Positions 36,829 to 49,401 of a stretch of 63,747 nucleotides of DNA are shown in pieces; positions within the stretch are counted from its first letter, which is position 1, and each line of letters begins with the position of its first letter. The notes beneath the pieces were generated by a model that searched no databases, was not told the DNA's origin, and was given only the letters and a program-made list of their open reading frames with translations. Source of the stretch: Rhizaria sp. SCN 62-66 (Eukaryota). The stretch spans positions 1-63,747 of the forward strand of contig MEDY01000142.1 of NCBI GenBank assembly GCA_001724265.1. Direction: 5' to 3'. The translations under genes were made by a program, and so were the position numbers.

Positions 36829-39800
36829 ACGAATGGCAGTGCGGCTGGCCCCAGCGATGATGACGAGAAGGGCAACAACAGCAACAGCAACAGCAACGAC
36901 ACTGCTGCTGCCGCTGCCGCTGCTGCTGTGACCCGCCCCGCCAGTGTTAGCACCAGCAGCTCTGCCAGTGCCGCCGGCTCCACCACGAGCGCGAGCGCGA
37001 GTCCCAGCCACAGCAGCGGGAGCGCGGAGTCGCTGCGCGCGCGCCTGCCGCCGGTGACAGGCGTGAGCGACGTGCTGGAGCTGCTGGCAGCAGTGCTGTA
37101 CGCGCCCGCGGCCGGCGCGCAGGGCCACGCGTCGGCCGCGTACGCCGAGCGCGTCGTGCAGGCCTACTGCGCGCACGTGGGGCTGCCGCCACTGCCGCTG
37201 CCGCAGGGCTTCCTCTGGTCGCTGACCACACGTCTCCAGCTGTGCCTTGACGCGGCGCTGTCGATCGCGTTCCTGCACGCCAACAACGTCATCCACCGCG
37301 ACATCAAGTCGCCCAACTTCCTCGTCGCGCGCGACGCCGTCGGGCTGCGCACTGGCGCGGCCGCCGCGGCGCGCCTCGGGACGCCGCTGCCCAGCGCCGC
37401 CGCCGCCAAGCGCAGCTCGCGCGCGGCCGAGCCTCCCCTTTCGGCGGCGGCGGCGGCGGCGGCGGCGGCGGGCGTGTCGGCGGGGTCTCACGTGCACGAC
37501 CTGCTGCTGGGCGCCGCGACCACGCAGGTCGGCCACCGCATCAACGCGCTCGTGCCCTGTCTCTCCGAGCTCGATGCCAAGCAGCAGCACAGCAGCGTTG
37601 GGCACAGCGGCAGCCTGCTGTCGCCGTCGCCGTCGATGCTGCCGCCTTCCAGCTCTACCGCGAGCTCGCATGACAGCCACGGCAGCGACGTGTCCACGCC
37701 CTCGACTGCGCCCCACGGCTCCGACAGCGACCCCAGCAGCCCACGCTCGCTCTCAGGCTCCGGCTCAGGCTCCGGCTCCGGCTCCGGCTCATCCGGCTCT
37801 GGATCTGGCTCCAGCTCCAGCCTGTGCGCGGTGAAGCGCTGGCAGTGGACGCCACTGCCGCTGGTGGCGCCGCTGTCCGGCCTGCCGTACGCGCTGCCCG
37901 TGCCGGCCGTGCCCGCACTCTCGGTCGCGCCGTCGCCGTTCGTGTCCATCACGCGCGTCGCCACGGACCTACCCACGCTGCTGGCTGCCTCCGCCTCCGC
38001 CGCCGCCGCGGCCGCCGCGTCCGCCCTCACGGCGCCCGCGTCAGGGCCGTCGTCGCTCCCGCACTCGCAGTCGCTGCCGCAGGCGCAGTCGGTCTGTGAC
38101 GGCAGCAGCGGCTCGCTCGAGATCTCGCCCAGCGCCGCTGCGGCCGCAGTATCGACGACGATGGCGGCGCTTTCGCCATCCCCGTCGGGCGCTGTGCTCT
38201 ACTCGTCGCCCTCGGGGCTGCCCGGCTCGCTCTCGCGCTCGTCGCAGTCGGGCGCCTCGTCGCTCTCACAATCGCAGACGCTGCTGTCGTCGGCGTCGCT
38301 GGCCTCGCTCTCGGCGCTCGACTGCGCGCCCGCCGACCGCGCTGGCGCCGCCGCCCCCGGGCTGGCGATGCTCGTCCCGCCGCACGACAACGACGGCGCG
38401 CTCACGGTCAAGCTCGCCGACTTCGGGCTCGCGCGCGTCGTGCCCGGCGCCGCGCGCCCGCGCCCCGGCTCGGTCTCCAACCCCGCCGAAAGCCCCAGTG
38501 CCGGCCGCAAGCCAGCGATGCGCGGCTCGCGCTCCGTGACGAGTCTGCAGGCGCTCGCGGCGCCGCTGGCCGGCGACGACAGCGACACCGGCAGCGGAGG
38601 CTCAGCGGCGTCGTCCCCCTTCGCCTCGGTTTCCTCGGCTTTCGCGCCCACGCGCCCGCTCACGCCGCGCCTCGCGCGCGCCAACGCGCAGCAAAAGCCA
38701 CAGAAGCCGCAGTGCCGGCTGATGTCCTCCGCGCTGCTGGCGCCGACCGCGGCCGAAGTGGCCACGGTCTCGGCGGGCCTCCAGGACAAGGCCCTGCTGG
38801 CCGTGGCCAAGAAGCTCGAGGGCGCGCTTTCCGCCGGCGACACCGCCAGCGCTGTCAGCGCCGTTGCCGCGTACAACGGTGACGACGCTGCGGCGATCAA
38901 GGGCGGCGCCGGCCTTTTCGGCAGTAACCGCAGCGACCTTAGCGGCTTGAGCGCCGACAGTGCCGCGCACGCTGGTGCGGGAGCGTACCATGCGCCGTCG
39001 CTGGCCGGGCTGGGCCGCGCGGGCTCGGCCGATAGCGGCGACAGCGGACTCAGCGGGCTGAGCGCGCGCCGGACGACGGAGCCGGACCAGGACGGCGACT
39101 GCGAGCTGGGCCACAACAACGCCGTTGTCGCTGCGAAGAACGGCGCGACGCGCCGGCGCGACACGGCGACCTCGAGCGACTTCTCCGTCTCCGACACCGA
39201 CAACAGCCGCGGCGACCTGTACGAGGGCGACGAGGGCCGCCACCTGGCGGAGGCCAGCGCGGACCTGCAGCGCTCGCGCTCGCGGTCCACCGACCTCACC
39301 GGGCTCGGCCAGACCGGCGCCGCCGCCTCTGCTGCTGCGACGATAGTGGGCCGCAGTCAGATGTACCTGTCCAACGTGCGGCTGGACCGCGGCCGCAGCA
39401 ACACGACGCCTGGGACGAGCCGGAACTCGGGTGCGGGCGCCGCCACTGCCGGCGGCCCCGGCTCCCTGAGCGCTGCTGTCGTCATCCCCGGCTCCGCCCC
39501 GACCGCCGCGGCCGCCGACGTGCACTGGCGCTCTCTGACGCGCTCGCACCGCCCCACCTCGCTCTCGCTCTCCTCCGCCGCCGACGCGCAGTCGCAGAGC
39601 AGCGCCGACGCCGACGCGCAGGCGCCCGCGAGCGCCGCCGCGGCCGCGGCAGTGACTGCCGCGATCACCGCCGCGGCGACGATGAGCTCGACGGCCAACT
39701 TCCGCCAGACGCTGATGCGGCACCACACTGCGACGGCGCGCACGCAGCGCTCGCTGGCCGCCAGCATCAGCACCACGGGCTCCGCCACGGGCTCCGCCGC

Positions 39801-40221
39801 CGCGCGCCGCGCCGCTGCGGCCGCCGCCGCTGCGACGCTGGCGGCCACGGGCGGCATGACCACCGACGTGGGCACCTTCCTCTGGATGGCTCCCGAGGTA
39901 CGCTCCGGCGTCTACTCCTTCAGTGCGGACGTCTACTCGCTGGGCATCGTGCTGTGGGAGATCCTCGCCATGTCGGGCCCCACCGTGGCGGCCGCGGCGC
40001 CGCCGGGCGGGCGCGTGACGGCCGTGGACGACACCGAGCCCGTCTGGGCCGAGTCCTTCTGCGGACTCGTCCTGCCCTCCGAGTGCCCACAGGAGCTCCA
40101 GGACCTGGTGTGGGCCTGCGCCGAGAGAGACCCCGCGCTGCGCCCCACGGCCGCGCAGCTCGTCGTCGCGCTCCGGAAGACCATCGCGCAGGTCGCGGCG
40201 CAGGGCCTCGACGTCTTCTAA
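33831..40221 (+). CDS. Multi-pass (about 7 TM) membrane domain fused to a TKL-family protein kinase; exons 33831-35189 and 35332-40221
   Basis: About 7 hydrophobic segments in exon 1. Kinase motifs LGVGSFSKVFKG, VAAK, EFCDRGSL, HRDIKSPNFLV, VKLADFGLAR, GTFLWMAPE, ADVYSLGIVLWE, DPALRPTA. Phase-0 GTACGC..TAG intron. TAA stop. Start codon uncertain. Confidence 0.85.
36778..36825 (+). repeat. (AAC)16 coding microsatellite, poly-Asn
   Basis: Perfect AAC run inside a kinase insertion. Confidence 0.95.
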
Positions 40222-40806
40222 GCTCGTGCTTCTTCTATCACTGCTGCGTCTTTTAACAGGGAGCAAGTGTTGCAGTGTATACGCGCTGTGCGTGTTGTTT
40301 GCTGCAAGAAAGTAACATGAGTGTCGACTGTTTTATTCGTGGATAAGCTAGCATAGTAGAATAACATGCTACGATTGTTGTCTGTTTTTGTTTTGTGCTT
40401 AAGGTTGTCGAGTCTCACTTTTCGATACGTACGTACACCTGTCCAACGTTGTTTCTGTTTTTGTTCGTTTGCTTGTGTTTTGTGTATGTTTTGTTTACCC
40501 CTTTAATTTACAGATCTGTGATCCTTATCAAGATTCGTCTTGTTTGTGTGGCGTTGTGTCGTGTGATGCACGCGTGATAACTCGACTCAATAGATTTCAT
40601 TTTGCGTCATAAGATGTAGATGTTGTTTTGAACGTTTCTTGTTTTATTAGATTGTTGTTAATAATATTCGATTACAACTGATTGAAACACATAAGAAAAT
40701 GCTGAATTAAACTAAAATAACATACTTTCACAACTAACACTTCACTATAAAGACATCGGAGCTTGGGTTCCGCACGCAGGCAGAGGCAGTGATTGCGCTG
40801 GGCTGC

Positions 40807-42354
40807 TTACTTGCGGGACTTCTTGCTCGAGGCGGAGACGGCCTCCTCGTCGGACGCGGCGGCCTCCTCGGCGGCGCGCTTCTCGCGCTTGTCCTTCTTA
40901 TCCTTCTTGTCCTTCTTGTCGGCCTTCGCGGGAGCCTCCTCCTCCTCCTCGGCCTCCTCGGCCTTGTCCTTCTTATCCTTCTTGTCCTTCTTATCCTTCT
41001 TGTCCTTCTTGGCGCTGGCGGCGTCCTCGTCGTCGTCGGCCATCGCGCTCGCGGGAGTCTTGCTGCTGGCGGGCAGGTACGTCTCCTCGGTCGCGCTCTC
41101 GACCATCTCCTGGCCGCTGAAGTCCTTGTAGTCCTTAACCCACTGAGCGGGCGTCGCCGCCGTGGGGCGGCCGTGCTTGTCGAGCTTGCCCGCGGCGACC
41201 AGCTGCTTCTTCTCCACCGCCTTGGGCCCGAGCCCCCACTTGCGCGGGTACGTGTCGCGCTCCATGATGACGCGCTTGGTCTTGGCCACGATGCCGTGCT
41301 CGCAGGTCGCCATCTGCGCAGTGGTCATCTGCGCGAAGCCGATGGCGATGGCCTCGCCCTTGGTCGTGACCAGCACCACCTGCGTGCCCACCTCGATGTC
41401 GTCCGAGAAGCGCAGCACGCCCGGCAGCATGAGGTACGCGCCGTAGCACAGCGCGTTGACGGTCGAGTCCTTGACGATGATGCGCTTGAGCGGCGTGAGC
41501 AACACCTCGAGAGGCATCACGATGCGGCGCAGGTAGCTGTCGTCCTTGAGCGTGTCGTACATCCACTGCGCGTCCATCACGTCGTGCATCGTCACCATGT
41601 TGTCGTCGCTGCCCAGGTTACCCGAGCGCACGCGGCGCAGCTCCTGCATGTGGCCGCCGACGCCGAGCAGCTGGCCCAAGTGCACGCACATGGTGCGGAT
41701 GTAGGTGCCGGCCTCGCACGACACCCAGAAGACGCCCAGGTTGCGCTCCTCGTCGTACTCAATCAGCTTTGACTGGTAGATGGTGCGCACGCGGAGCTGG
41801 CGCTTGACGTTGGAAACCAGCGGCGGGCGCTGGTAGCAGGCCGCCGTGAGCTTGAGCAGCGCCTTAGCGACGCGCTTGGTCGTCGTGGCGCCGTGGAAGC
41901 GGACGACGGCGACGTACTCCTTACCGGCCGACTGCTGCGACTTGACAAGGCGCGTGGCGCGATCGATGCAGACAAGGAGGTTGCCCGTGACCTTAGGGTC
42001 GAGCGTGCCCGAGTGGCCCGTCTTCTCGACGCGCAGGATGCGCTTGATCCATGACACCACTTCGTGCGACGACGGGTTCGACGGCTTGTCAAGGTTGATG
42101 ATGCCGTAGCGGATGTACTCGTGCAGCGGACGCTTGAGCGGGGAGAAGCCGGCGGGCAGCGGCGTGTAGTGGCCCGTGCGCGCGTGGAGCGCGTTGTAGT
42201 TCTTGAGCAGCAGCGGCCAGTGGGCCGTGTCGATCGTCGTCGTCACCTTCTCGGGCTGGATCACGTGCTGACCCACCTTGAAGGGGTTCGCGGTGTCCAG
42301 CTCCGTCACCTCCTTGGAGGCCTTCTTGTCCTTCTTGTCCTTCTTGTCGCTCAT
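40807..42354 (-). CDS. CBF5: H/ACA snoRNP pseudouridine synthase CBF5/dyskerin
   Basis: [57 protein letters not shown] domain, [21 protein letters not shown]-repeat tail. ATG at 42354, TAA stop. Confidence 0.97.
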   Translation of the reverse strand: MSDKKDKKDKKASKEVTELDTANPFKVGQHVIQPEKVTTTIDTAHWPLLLKNYNALHARTGHYTPLPAGFSPLKRPLHEYIRYGIINLDKPSNPSSHEVVSWIKRILRVEKTGHSGTLDPKVTGNLLVCIDRATRLVKSQQSAGKEYVAVVRFHGATTTKRVAKALLKLTAACYQRPPLVSNVKRQLRVRTIYQSKLIEYDEERNLGVFWVSCEAGTYIRTMCVHLGQLLGVGGHMQELRRVRSGNLGSDDNMVTMHDVMDAQWMYDTLKDDSYLRRIVMPLEVLLTPLKRIIVKDSTVNALCYGAYLMLPGVLRFSDDIEVGTQVVLVTTKGEAIAIGFAQMTTAQMATCEHGIVAKTKRVIMERDTYPRKWGLGPKAVEKKQLVAAGKLDKHGRPTAATPAQWVKDYKDFSGQEMVESATEETYLPASSKTPASAMADDDEDAASAKKDKKDKKDKKDKKDKAEEAEEEEEAPAKADKKDKKDKKDKREKRAAEEAAASDEEAVSASSKKSRK

Positions 42355-42737
42355 CGCAGGGGAGGAAGCGGCAAACGGCGGGCGCAGGCGGGGGGCTGCT
42401 GTGTGTGTGTGAGGGAGGGCGAGAGCGGAAACGCGGCGGACTGCCGGAGGGTGAAACCTACATGGCGCGGGATATAATTGAACAAAGTTATACAAGTGAG
42501 TCTAAAGTTACTATAAATTAACGCAGCAACAGATTATTACCACATTCAAAGCGCTTTTTGACGTGTGCGGAGTCGCTTCTCTCACGGCCTAACTTGGTCA
42601 GTCGGCTCAGTCGACCAGCCAGCCGACCGAGAAATGCTTTCCCTTTTTTCGACCGCCCTCCACCGAAGATAGTGATCAGGGTCGAAGTCATCGAGGCTTC
42701 GAAATTTGTAGTCTGGATTGCGCTGAGACATCCGTTA
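42355..42737. promoter_or_regulatory. Probable bidirectional promoter region between divergent CBF5 and DSP-like genes
   Basis: 383-bp head-to-head spacer with an AT-rich core including CTATAAATTA near 42511. Inferred from geometry only. Confidence 0.4.
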
Positions 42738-44223
42738 ATGATGGCCACGAGTTTATTTTCGTGCGAGCCGACACAGTTGAGTATTGGTGCTAATTCCACC
42801 AAACTCTGGCGGTTCCATTTTGCGCGCAAATTCGCCAGCGACCCCCTGGGCGGCGCCCTCTTCGTGGGCTCCCACGAGGCCGCGACCCTGGACGCGTACT
42901 TCGCTACCTCACTCAACCTCACGCGCGCCGCCGACAGCGCGCCCGCGTCGCTCGACGGCCGCGTCGCGCTCATTGCGTACATCGTTGCGTTCATGCTCCA
43001 CGCGCCCGCGGGCGCCCCCGCTGCGCAGCGGCCGCTGCTGCTGAGCTGCGCCGACGGCTGCTCGGTCGCGCCGGCCGTGGCGGCCGCGTACCTCTGCGCG
43101 CGCGACCCCGCGCTGGCGGCCGACGACGCCGCGGAGGCCCTGCGCCACCTCTGCGCCGACCTCCGCACCCCGCTCTACCTCGCCACTCAAAGCAACAGCA
43201 CCGGCGACGGCAGCAGCAGTCGCAGTGTAGCAGCTGCTGCTGAGGATAACAGGGCTGTGAACAAGCAGTTGGTGGGATTCAGCGACTATAGGCTTTGTTT
43301 AGTACACACAAACCCGCAGCACGCGCAGTGGCTCGAGGTACGTTCCGCTTTTTTACATTTCTTCTTTCCAGACGTACATGTTGTAGTCTTCTGCTTGTAT
43401 CTTGCTGTAACAACTCTCTTTGAAATATTTTTTAGGTTTTATCGTTATTGTATTCTCTTGAAACACCGTCACTAATATAGATGTGTATATCCCGATTTAC
43501 TCCCCTTTCTAGGCCCTCCGCGTGTGGGTCGACCGCCACCGCTCCGCCCGCTCCGCTAGCGTCAACGAAGCCAGCAGTGGCAGCGGCGCGAACGGTGCCA
43601 GCGCCTTACATGGCCCCGCCCCGCCCTCCCCCGCCGCGCACGCCCCCGGCGCCGCCCAGTCCGTCGCGTCGGCGTCGGCGTCGGCGTCGGTGTCGTCGCA
43701 CTGCGTGTACACCGCGGACGGCGCCTTCCTGGAGGAGGTCGAGTACGATCCCTCGGCGCCCAGCGCCGCGGCCGCCGCCGCGGCCGCCGCGGCCGCCGTC
43801 GCCGCCGCCGCGGGCCGCAGCGGCGCGCTGGCCTGGGCCATCAGCACCGCCGCTGCCAGTAGCGGCGCCGGCGCGATGGGCGCGATGGGTTGGGGCGACT
43901 CGACAGCCTCCGCGGCAGCCGCTGCAGCCTCGGCCGCCGCCGCCGCTGCCGCCGCCGCCGCGGCGAGCGACCGGCTGGCTGCCGCCGCCGACGACGACTT
44001 CGAGTGGGACGACGGCGACGACGACGACGACGACGCCGACGTGGGTGCCGCGGCGGCCGGCGACGGTGGTGACGACGACGACCAAGACGGCTTTGATGAC
44101 GACGGCTTCGATGACGACGGCGGCGACGGCGAGGGGCCTTACGACGGCGACGACGACGAGGAGTACGATGACGACGACGACGGCGGCGCGGGCGCCGGCC
44201 AGGGCACAGCGATGGCCGATTGA
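42738..44223 (+). CDS. Dual-specificity-phosphatase-fold protein (probable pseudophosphatase) with an acidic tail; exons 42738-43337 and 43513-44223
   Basis: ALFVGSHEAA and LLLSCADGCSVAPAVAAAYL resemble DSP LYLGS and VLVHCxxGxSRSxxxxxAYL. Phase-0 GTACGT..TAG intron. TGA stop. Confidence 0.6.
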
Positions 44224-44599
44224 CCGGTGATGTATTTTGCTGCCGCGATGTACACTAAGCTTACAACAGCTAATGTCGTCTACTATTGCTGTACATTGCG
44301 AGAACAAAGACGTTCTAAAAGATATATAGCACCACTTTTTACATAGATTTGACTTAATATCAATACATCCATTGATTATCTTCTCCTACACAGCATGATA
44401 TTTGTCTTCTGACAATGTTCATGTTCATTCACAATGCAGATTGAATCTATGTATTTCCAGATAGGTGCTGATATTTTCGCAGAACAAAAGCTAGGTATCA
44501 CAGGAGTTAGAAAATGCCCCACACATTCTCCTGATCGAATTTTAAACGAAAGCGACACACGCAGGTGTTGTCTGACTTTAAGTCAGCACTAGCCCTCTT

Positions 44600-45913
44600 T
44601 CACTGCTGCGCCGCCGCTGCCCCTTTCCCCGCCGCGGCGCCGCCCCCGCGTTCGGCGGCCAGCGCCGTCTCCAGCTCGCGCACACGCGCCCGCAGCATCG
44701 CCGTCTCTGCCGCTGCCTCTGCCGCCGCCGCGGCCGCCGCGGCCGCAGCCGCCCTGCCCACCCGCGCGGCCTCCGCGGCGTCGCGGCGGGCGGCGTCGCG
44801 CTCCGCCTCGGCCGCGGCGGCCGCGCGGAGCAGCGCGTCCCGGTGCGCGACGAGCTGCCGCAGCCGCCGGTACAGGACGACGACGGCGGCGTCCGCGCGC
44901 GGGGCGCTGGCGCGGGACAGCGAGGCCAGGTCTTGCAGCAAAGCGCCGGCCTCAGCGGCGGCAGCGTCGGCCTCCATAGCCGCGGCCGCCTCTGCTTGCG
45001 CCTGCTCGTGTAGTGACGCTGCAAGCGCATCAGTCGACGACGATGCTGATGATAAGGCTGAAGCTGTAGCTTCGGCGGAGTCCGACGCAGAGGCGAGCGT
45101 CGGCATGCGCGGCGCCAAGAGCGGCGTGGCGGGGGCGGGCTGCGGCAGGAACAGGGGCGACTCGACTGCAGCGTGCTCGCGGGAAGTCAGGCCGCCGCAG
45201 GGCAGTTCACGGCCGTCGCCGGTCGTCCGCGCCGCGGCACTCACGGCCACCGTCATCGACAGCAATGCCGTGTTGGCGGCGGCCTTCGACGTGGAGGCTT
45301 TCCCGTTGGCATGGAGATTATTGAGCCCGCTGTTGTTGTGGTGGTCGCTGAGACTGTTGCCATTGGTATACACGGGGGACGTGTCATCTTTGTCGTCGCC
45401 AAAGCTATAGCGATGGCTGTTGCCAGTGCTGGCGTTGTGGCTCTTGTGACCGTCATCCTCAGGCCACGGCGTGTTCAGCAGGGCCTCGGCTGCTGCGAAC
45501 GCCGCCGCCGTCTGCGTCTGCGACAGCAACAGTGTCTGCGAGCCTGTCCGTGAGTGCGTCGCCGCCGAGTTTACGTGGCCGTGAGCCGCGTGACTGTATC
45601 CAGGTGCATGTGCATGCGCGTCGCTGTTGCTGTTGTTGTTGCTGTTGCTGTTGTTGCTGTTGTGCGTGCTCGCGCTGCTGGTGTTGCTGTCGTTGCGGCT
45701 GTGGCCAGCGGTGTTTCTTGCGCGACCGCTCGCGTTGGCGCTGTTGGCCACGGAGCTGATGCCGTGGCCGTGACTGCCACTGCTACCGTTGCCAATGCCG
45801 GCGATGTTGCTGCTGAGGCGGCGCGTGTGGGTGATAGTGCTCTCGCCGGGGAGAGACGAAGGGAGGTCCTCGATGCGGTCCACCTCAACCTCGGAGGAGA
45901 ACGCCGACGACAT
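44600..45913 (-). CDS. Hypothetical protein: low-complexity N-terminus, C-terminal coiled coil
   Basis: ATG to TGA ORF of 437 aa filling a GC-rich block between AT-rich spacers. No recognisable domain. Confidence 0.65.
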   Translation of the reverse strand: MSSAFSSEVEVDRIEDLPSSLPGESTITHTRRLSSNIAGIGNGSSGSHGHGISSVANSANASGRARNTAGHSRNDSNTSSASTHNSNNSNSNNNSNSDAHAHAPGYSHAAHGHVNSAATHSRTGSQTLLLSQTQTAAAFAAAEALLNTPWPEDDGHKSHNASTGNSHRYSFGDDKDDTSPVYTNGNSLSDHHNNSGLNNLHANGKASTSKAAANTALLSMTVAVSAAARTTGDGRELPCGGLTSREHAAVESPLFLPQPAPATPLLAPRMPTLASASDSAEATASALSSASSSTDALAASLHEQAQAEAAAAMEADAAAAEAGALLQDLASLSRASAPRADAAVVVLYRRLRQLVAHRDALLRAAAAAEAERDAARRDAAEAARVGRAAAAAAAAAAAEAAAETAMLRARVRELETALAAERGGGAAAGKGAAAAQQ

Positions 45914-46725
45914 GACGCGGCCTGAGACGCAGAGAATAGCAGCGTACGAGCGTTGTGTTGCAAGAGTGTTGATTTAGCTTGTGAGACCAATCTACTACGG
46001 TGCTTAAGTCGGAGAGGACAGGAGATAAAAACGTGTTAGAGACAATTAAGAAGAGGCTTTCAATAAAACCACGCACACCATCGTAAACCAGAACGATATC
46101 CACACATGAAAACGTTTGATTGAGATATTCACGCTTTTGTTCTGAAACGCACAGCTACACTGCAAGAGGTAGAAGGCAGGTTTCTGATAATTGGTGCGCA
46201 GTAGAATGATCGTCAGAGTCTTTGCAAACTAATGATGATATGCATTCATACCCGGGACATAAACTGGTCTAATTATATCTCCCCCAAATACATGTCTATA
46301 TCTGGGGCGCGTCTCGTAGAAAGTAGGATGGTCAGCGCGAAGCTTCACAAACCCTCACCATTTCATTCTCTGGCTCCAGCTCACCAGAGGAGCTTTTGGA
46401 TACATTCGATTTACAATAAATACGCACATCATGCAGATTTAACAAATGCAGTTACGCTCTTCACGTATGAAAGGGTTCCTTGTTGCAGTCAAGCGCATCA
46501 GCCGAGTAGCCAAGGACGCGTCGCATCTCGTTACCAGCATCGCGTCCTCTACGTTGTTATGCTATATCTCATTAAAACATTTATCCCACAATGCTGCAAC
46601 ACACGGAACTACGTATAACGATGATTTGCTTATTATATCCTCGTATTTATACTAGGAAAGATACTTATAGTGCATATATGCATCGTTTCTTCACGACACA
46701 AGGTGCTTGTCGTGTGCGCCGCCTC

Positions 46726-48789
46726 ATGTCCGCAGTCACTCTCCACGAGCCCCCTGGCGCACTTCGCCCAAGTATCGACAGCAGCGGCAGCGACATAAGC
46801 GACGATGATGCCCTTGCGCGCGAGTCTGCGCGCGAGTCTCGCCGTCTGAACGCGCCGCTGACCGAGGCCGGGTTCGAGCTGTTCGCAGGGCTGCTGCAAG
46901 CATTGGTGGACAAGGACGAGGACGCGCTCAAGTCGCTACTGGAGAGCGCATTTCCGGACTCCGAGGACACTGACGACGATGTTGATAACGACAAGGAAAG
47001 CGACCGTGGCTGTAACGTCGATAGTGACTTCGCCAGTCGCAGCAATGTTGTCAGCAACAATCCTATCCAGAGGAACACAAGCTCTGCCATTCTCTCTCGC
47101 ACGGCAGAAACGGCTGCGGTGCTTTCTGCCTCTACCAAGCCGCTGGGCCGCTGCGCCACGCGCGTGTTGACCGCTTGCCTCGTGGTCGCGGCGCGGCTGC
47201 GGCTGACCGGCGCCGCAAGCCAGCTGGTCAAGTACGGCGCCTCGCTCTCCGCCTCTGTCACGGGGCTGTTCACACACGTTCACCGCTGCGCCAGCCAACG
47301 CTGCGCCAGCCACCGCTGCGCCAGCGCGGTTTGCTGCCGGGAGCGCTCACAACCGCACCAGCATCAGCCTAGCACAGGGCCCGGCGACTGTCGGCCGCTG
47401 TGGCGGTGCGGGCGGCGGGGGCCGGGACTGACTGCGCTGCACGCGGCGTTGCTGGCACACGACGTGGCGCTGGCGACAATGCTCGTGCAGCACGGCTCGG
47501 ACGCGCGCACGCCTATCGTGCATAACGCCGCGGTGAAGCGCGACGCAGAACACACAGACAATGATACTTGTGGTGGCGAGCGCTGTTGCGGCGACTGTAT
47601 GGGTGCGTGCGAGCGCCAGTGCCAGTGCGAATGCGGGTGTGAGTTGTGTGCTGTTTTGAATTGGAATGATTCTTTCAATAATAACCACATCATTACGAAT
47701 AATGATGACGACGTGAGCAGTAGCATTAGTTTCAGTGACAAAACGCGCATGTTGACAGCCAGCACTTATTGCAGCACGATTACAGGCAGCACAGTCCCGA
47801 CACTAGTGCTTGCAGCTTTGGTGCGTGCGCGCGTTGAGTACAGCTGGGACTGTGAACATACTTCCGGATTAAACCAGGGTGCTGGTGGCTTGTCGTTAGA
47901 TAGTGAAAGCGATGTTCTATTTCCATTTTATGCTCCGCTCTCAGGTACTTCCACAATCGCTCATCGCTACGGAGAGAACCCCTTCAGCACTTATAGTTAT
48001 ACCTCCAAGGCCACCATTATCTCCCCAGCAACTATTATCAGCAACAATAACAAAAACATCAAGACAAACGAGACTGCAACCTGTGACGAGGATGGAAGCG
48101 GTGATGATCACAACGGCTCCAATCAGGTCGACGAAGACGGGAGTGATGACGAAGACTATTACCTTGACGAGGGCAGTAACGCTGGCAGCAATGGGGGCCA
48201 TAGTGACGACAGCGAAAGCAGCGATGCCGACGCAGACACCGAGTCCGACCCGGTTTCCCCGCCACTGCTGTCCCCGCTGCTGCTCGCTATCGCGCACCGC
48301 GCGTAGCACCGCGCCTCGGCCGCGCACCTGCTGCATTGGGCCGCGCGCGAGGACGACGCCGAGCTCATCGCGGAGCTGCTGGCCGGCGCGCGCGGCCGCT
48401 GGCGCAGGCACGGCGAGAGCGTGCGCAGACGCAGGCGGCTGCTGCGGATCAAGCTCAAGCGACATGCTACACGGCAGCAAAAACAATCACTGACCCATAA
48501 TCGCGAGGTTGATGATGACGCGTCTCTGGCAAGCGACTCTAGAGACGGCTTAGGTCTTCGTCACGCGGCTCGACCGGGGTACTCGCTCAACGAGGACGGC
48601 GGCACCGCACTGCACGCGGCGGCCGCGGCGGGCGCAGTGGCCGCGATCACCGCGCTGTGCATGGGCATGGGCGGCCGGCGGGGCCAGGGCAAGCGGGTGT
48701 CGTTTGCGGCGGCGGACTACTGGCGCGAGAGTGCCAAGAGGAAGGCTAATGTGACGGCAAAGGCCGTTAACAACGCGAACCCGGAGTGA
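46726..48789 (+). CDS. Ankyrin-repeat protein with Cys-rich and acidic inserts; in-frame TAG at 48304-48306
   Basis: ANK motifs GLTALHAALLAHDVALATMLVQHGSD before the TAG, and LLHWAAREDDAELIAELL and GGTALHAAAAAGAVAAITAL after it in the same frame. TGA at 48787-48789. Confidence 0.65.
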
Positions 48790-49401
48790 CGGCTGCATGC
48801 CAACGACGACAGAAAATTCACGTACTTGCAGTCGTTCACACAAGAAATCATCAATATCAACAACAAACTCTGGGCTTATCATGTGCGTATTATCAAATGC
48901 AATAAATTTGTGTTTGGAGATGCTGTCATTGATTTCGGTAAGAGCCGATCGACTAAGGTACCAACAGTGGTACTCACCAGGAGTAATCCTTTTCGTTGCA
49001 GCTTCCTATGGGTGAGCGATATCACGCGTATTCTATTGTTGAGAAGTGTACATGTCAACAGTATACATCTAAAACACGTGGTTTATATAAATATAATATT
49101 GTGTCTTCAAACGCACACTATCAGTGCGATTAAAGGTCGTACGAAAGGCACAGCTGTTCGCGTAGGCGACTACTACAACTCTCAGACACACATCGCAAAA
49201 TGACCTGCCTGATTCTTCAGACCATATTAAAGTACAAAACGTTCATTCTTTGTATTTTGCTGATCGGTCGGTTGTGATGAGCCACGTGTTTTACAATCAT
49301 TGTATTCCGTCCAAATTTTCTCTCTTTGACCCTCCAAGATTTCACTCAAAGAGTCACATACTGTCGTATCGCAGCGTACAACGCACTCTTTAACAATACC
49401 G

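Noticed and set aside
48787-49203. Possible TGA readthrough or selenocysteine extending the ankyrin gene into the same-frame ORF 48826-49203
   Set aside because: The downstream sequence is AT-rich with no recognisable motif or SECIS, and TGA is the commonest terminator in the window.
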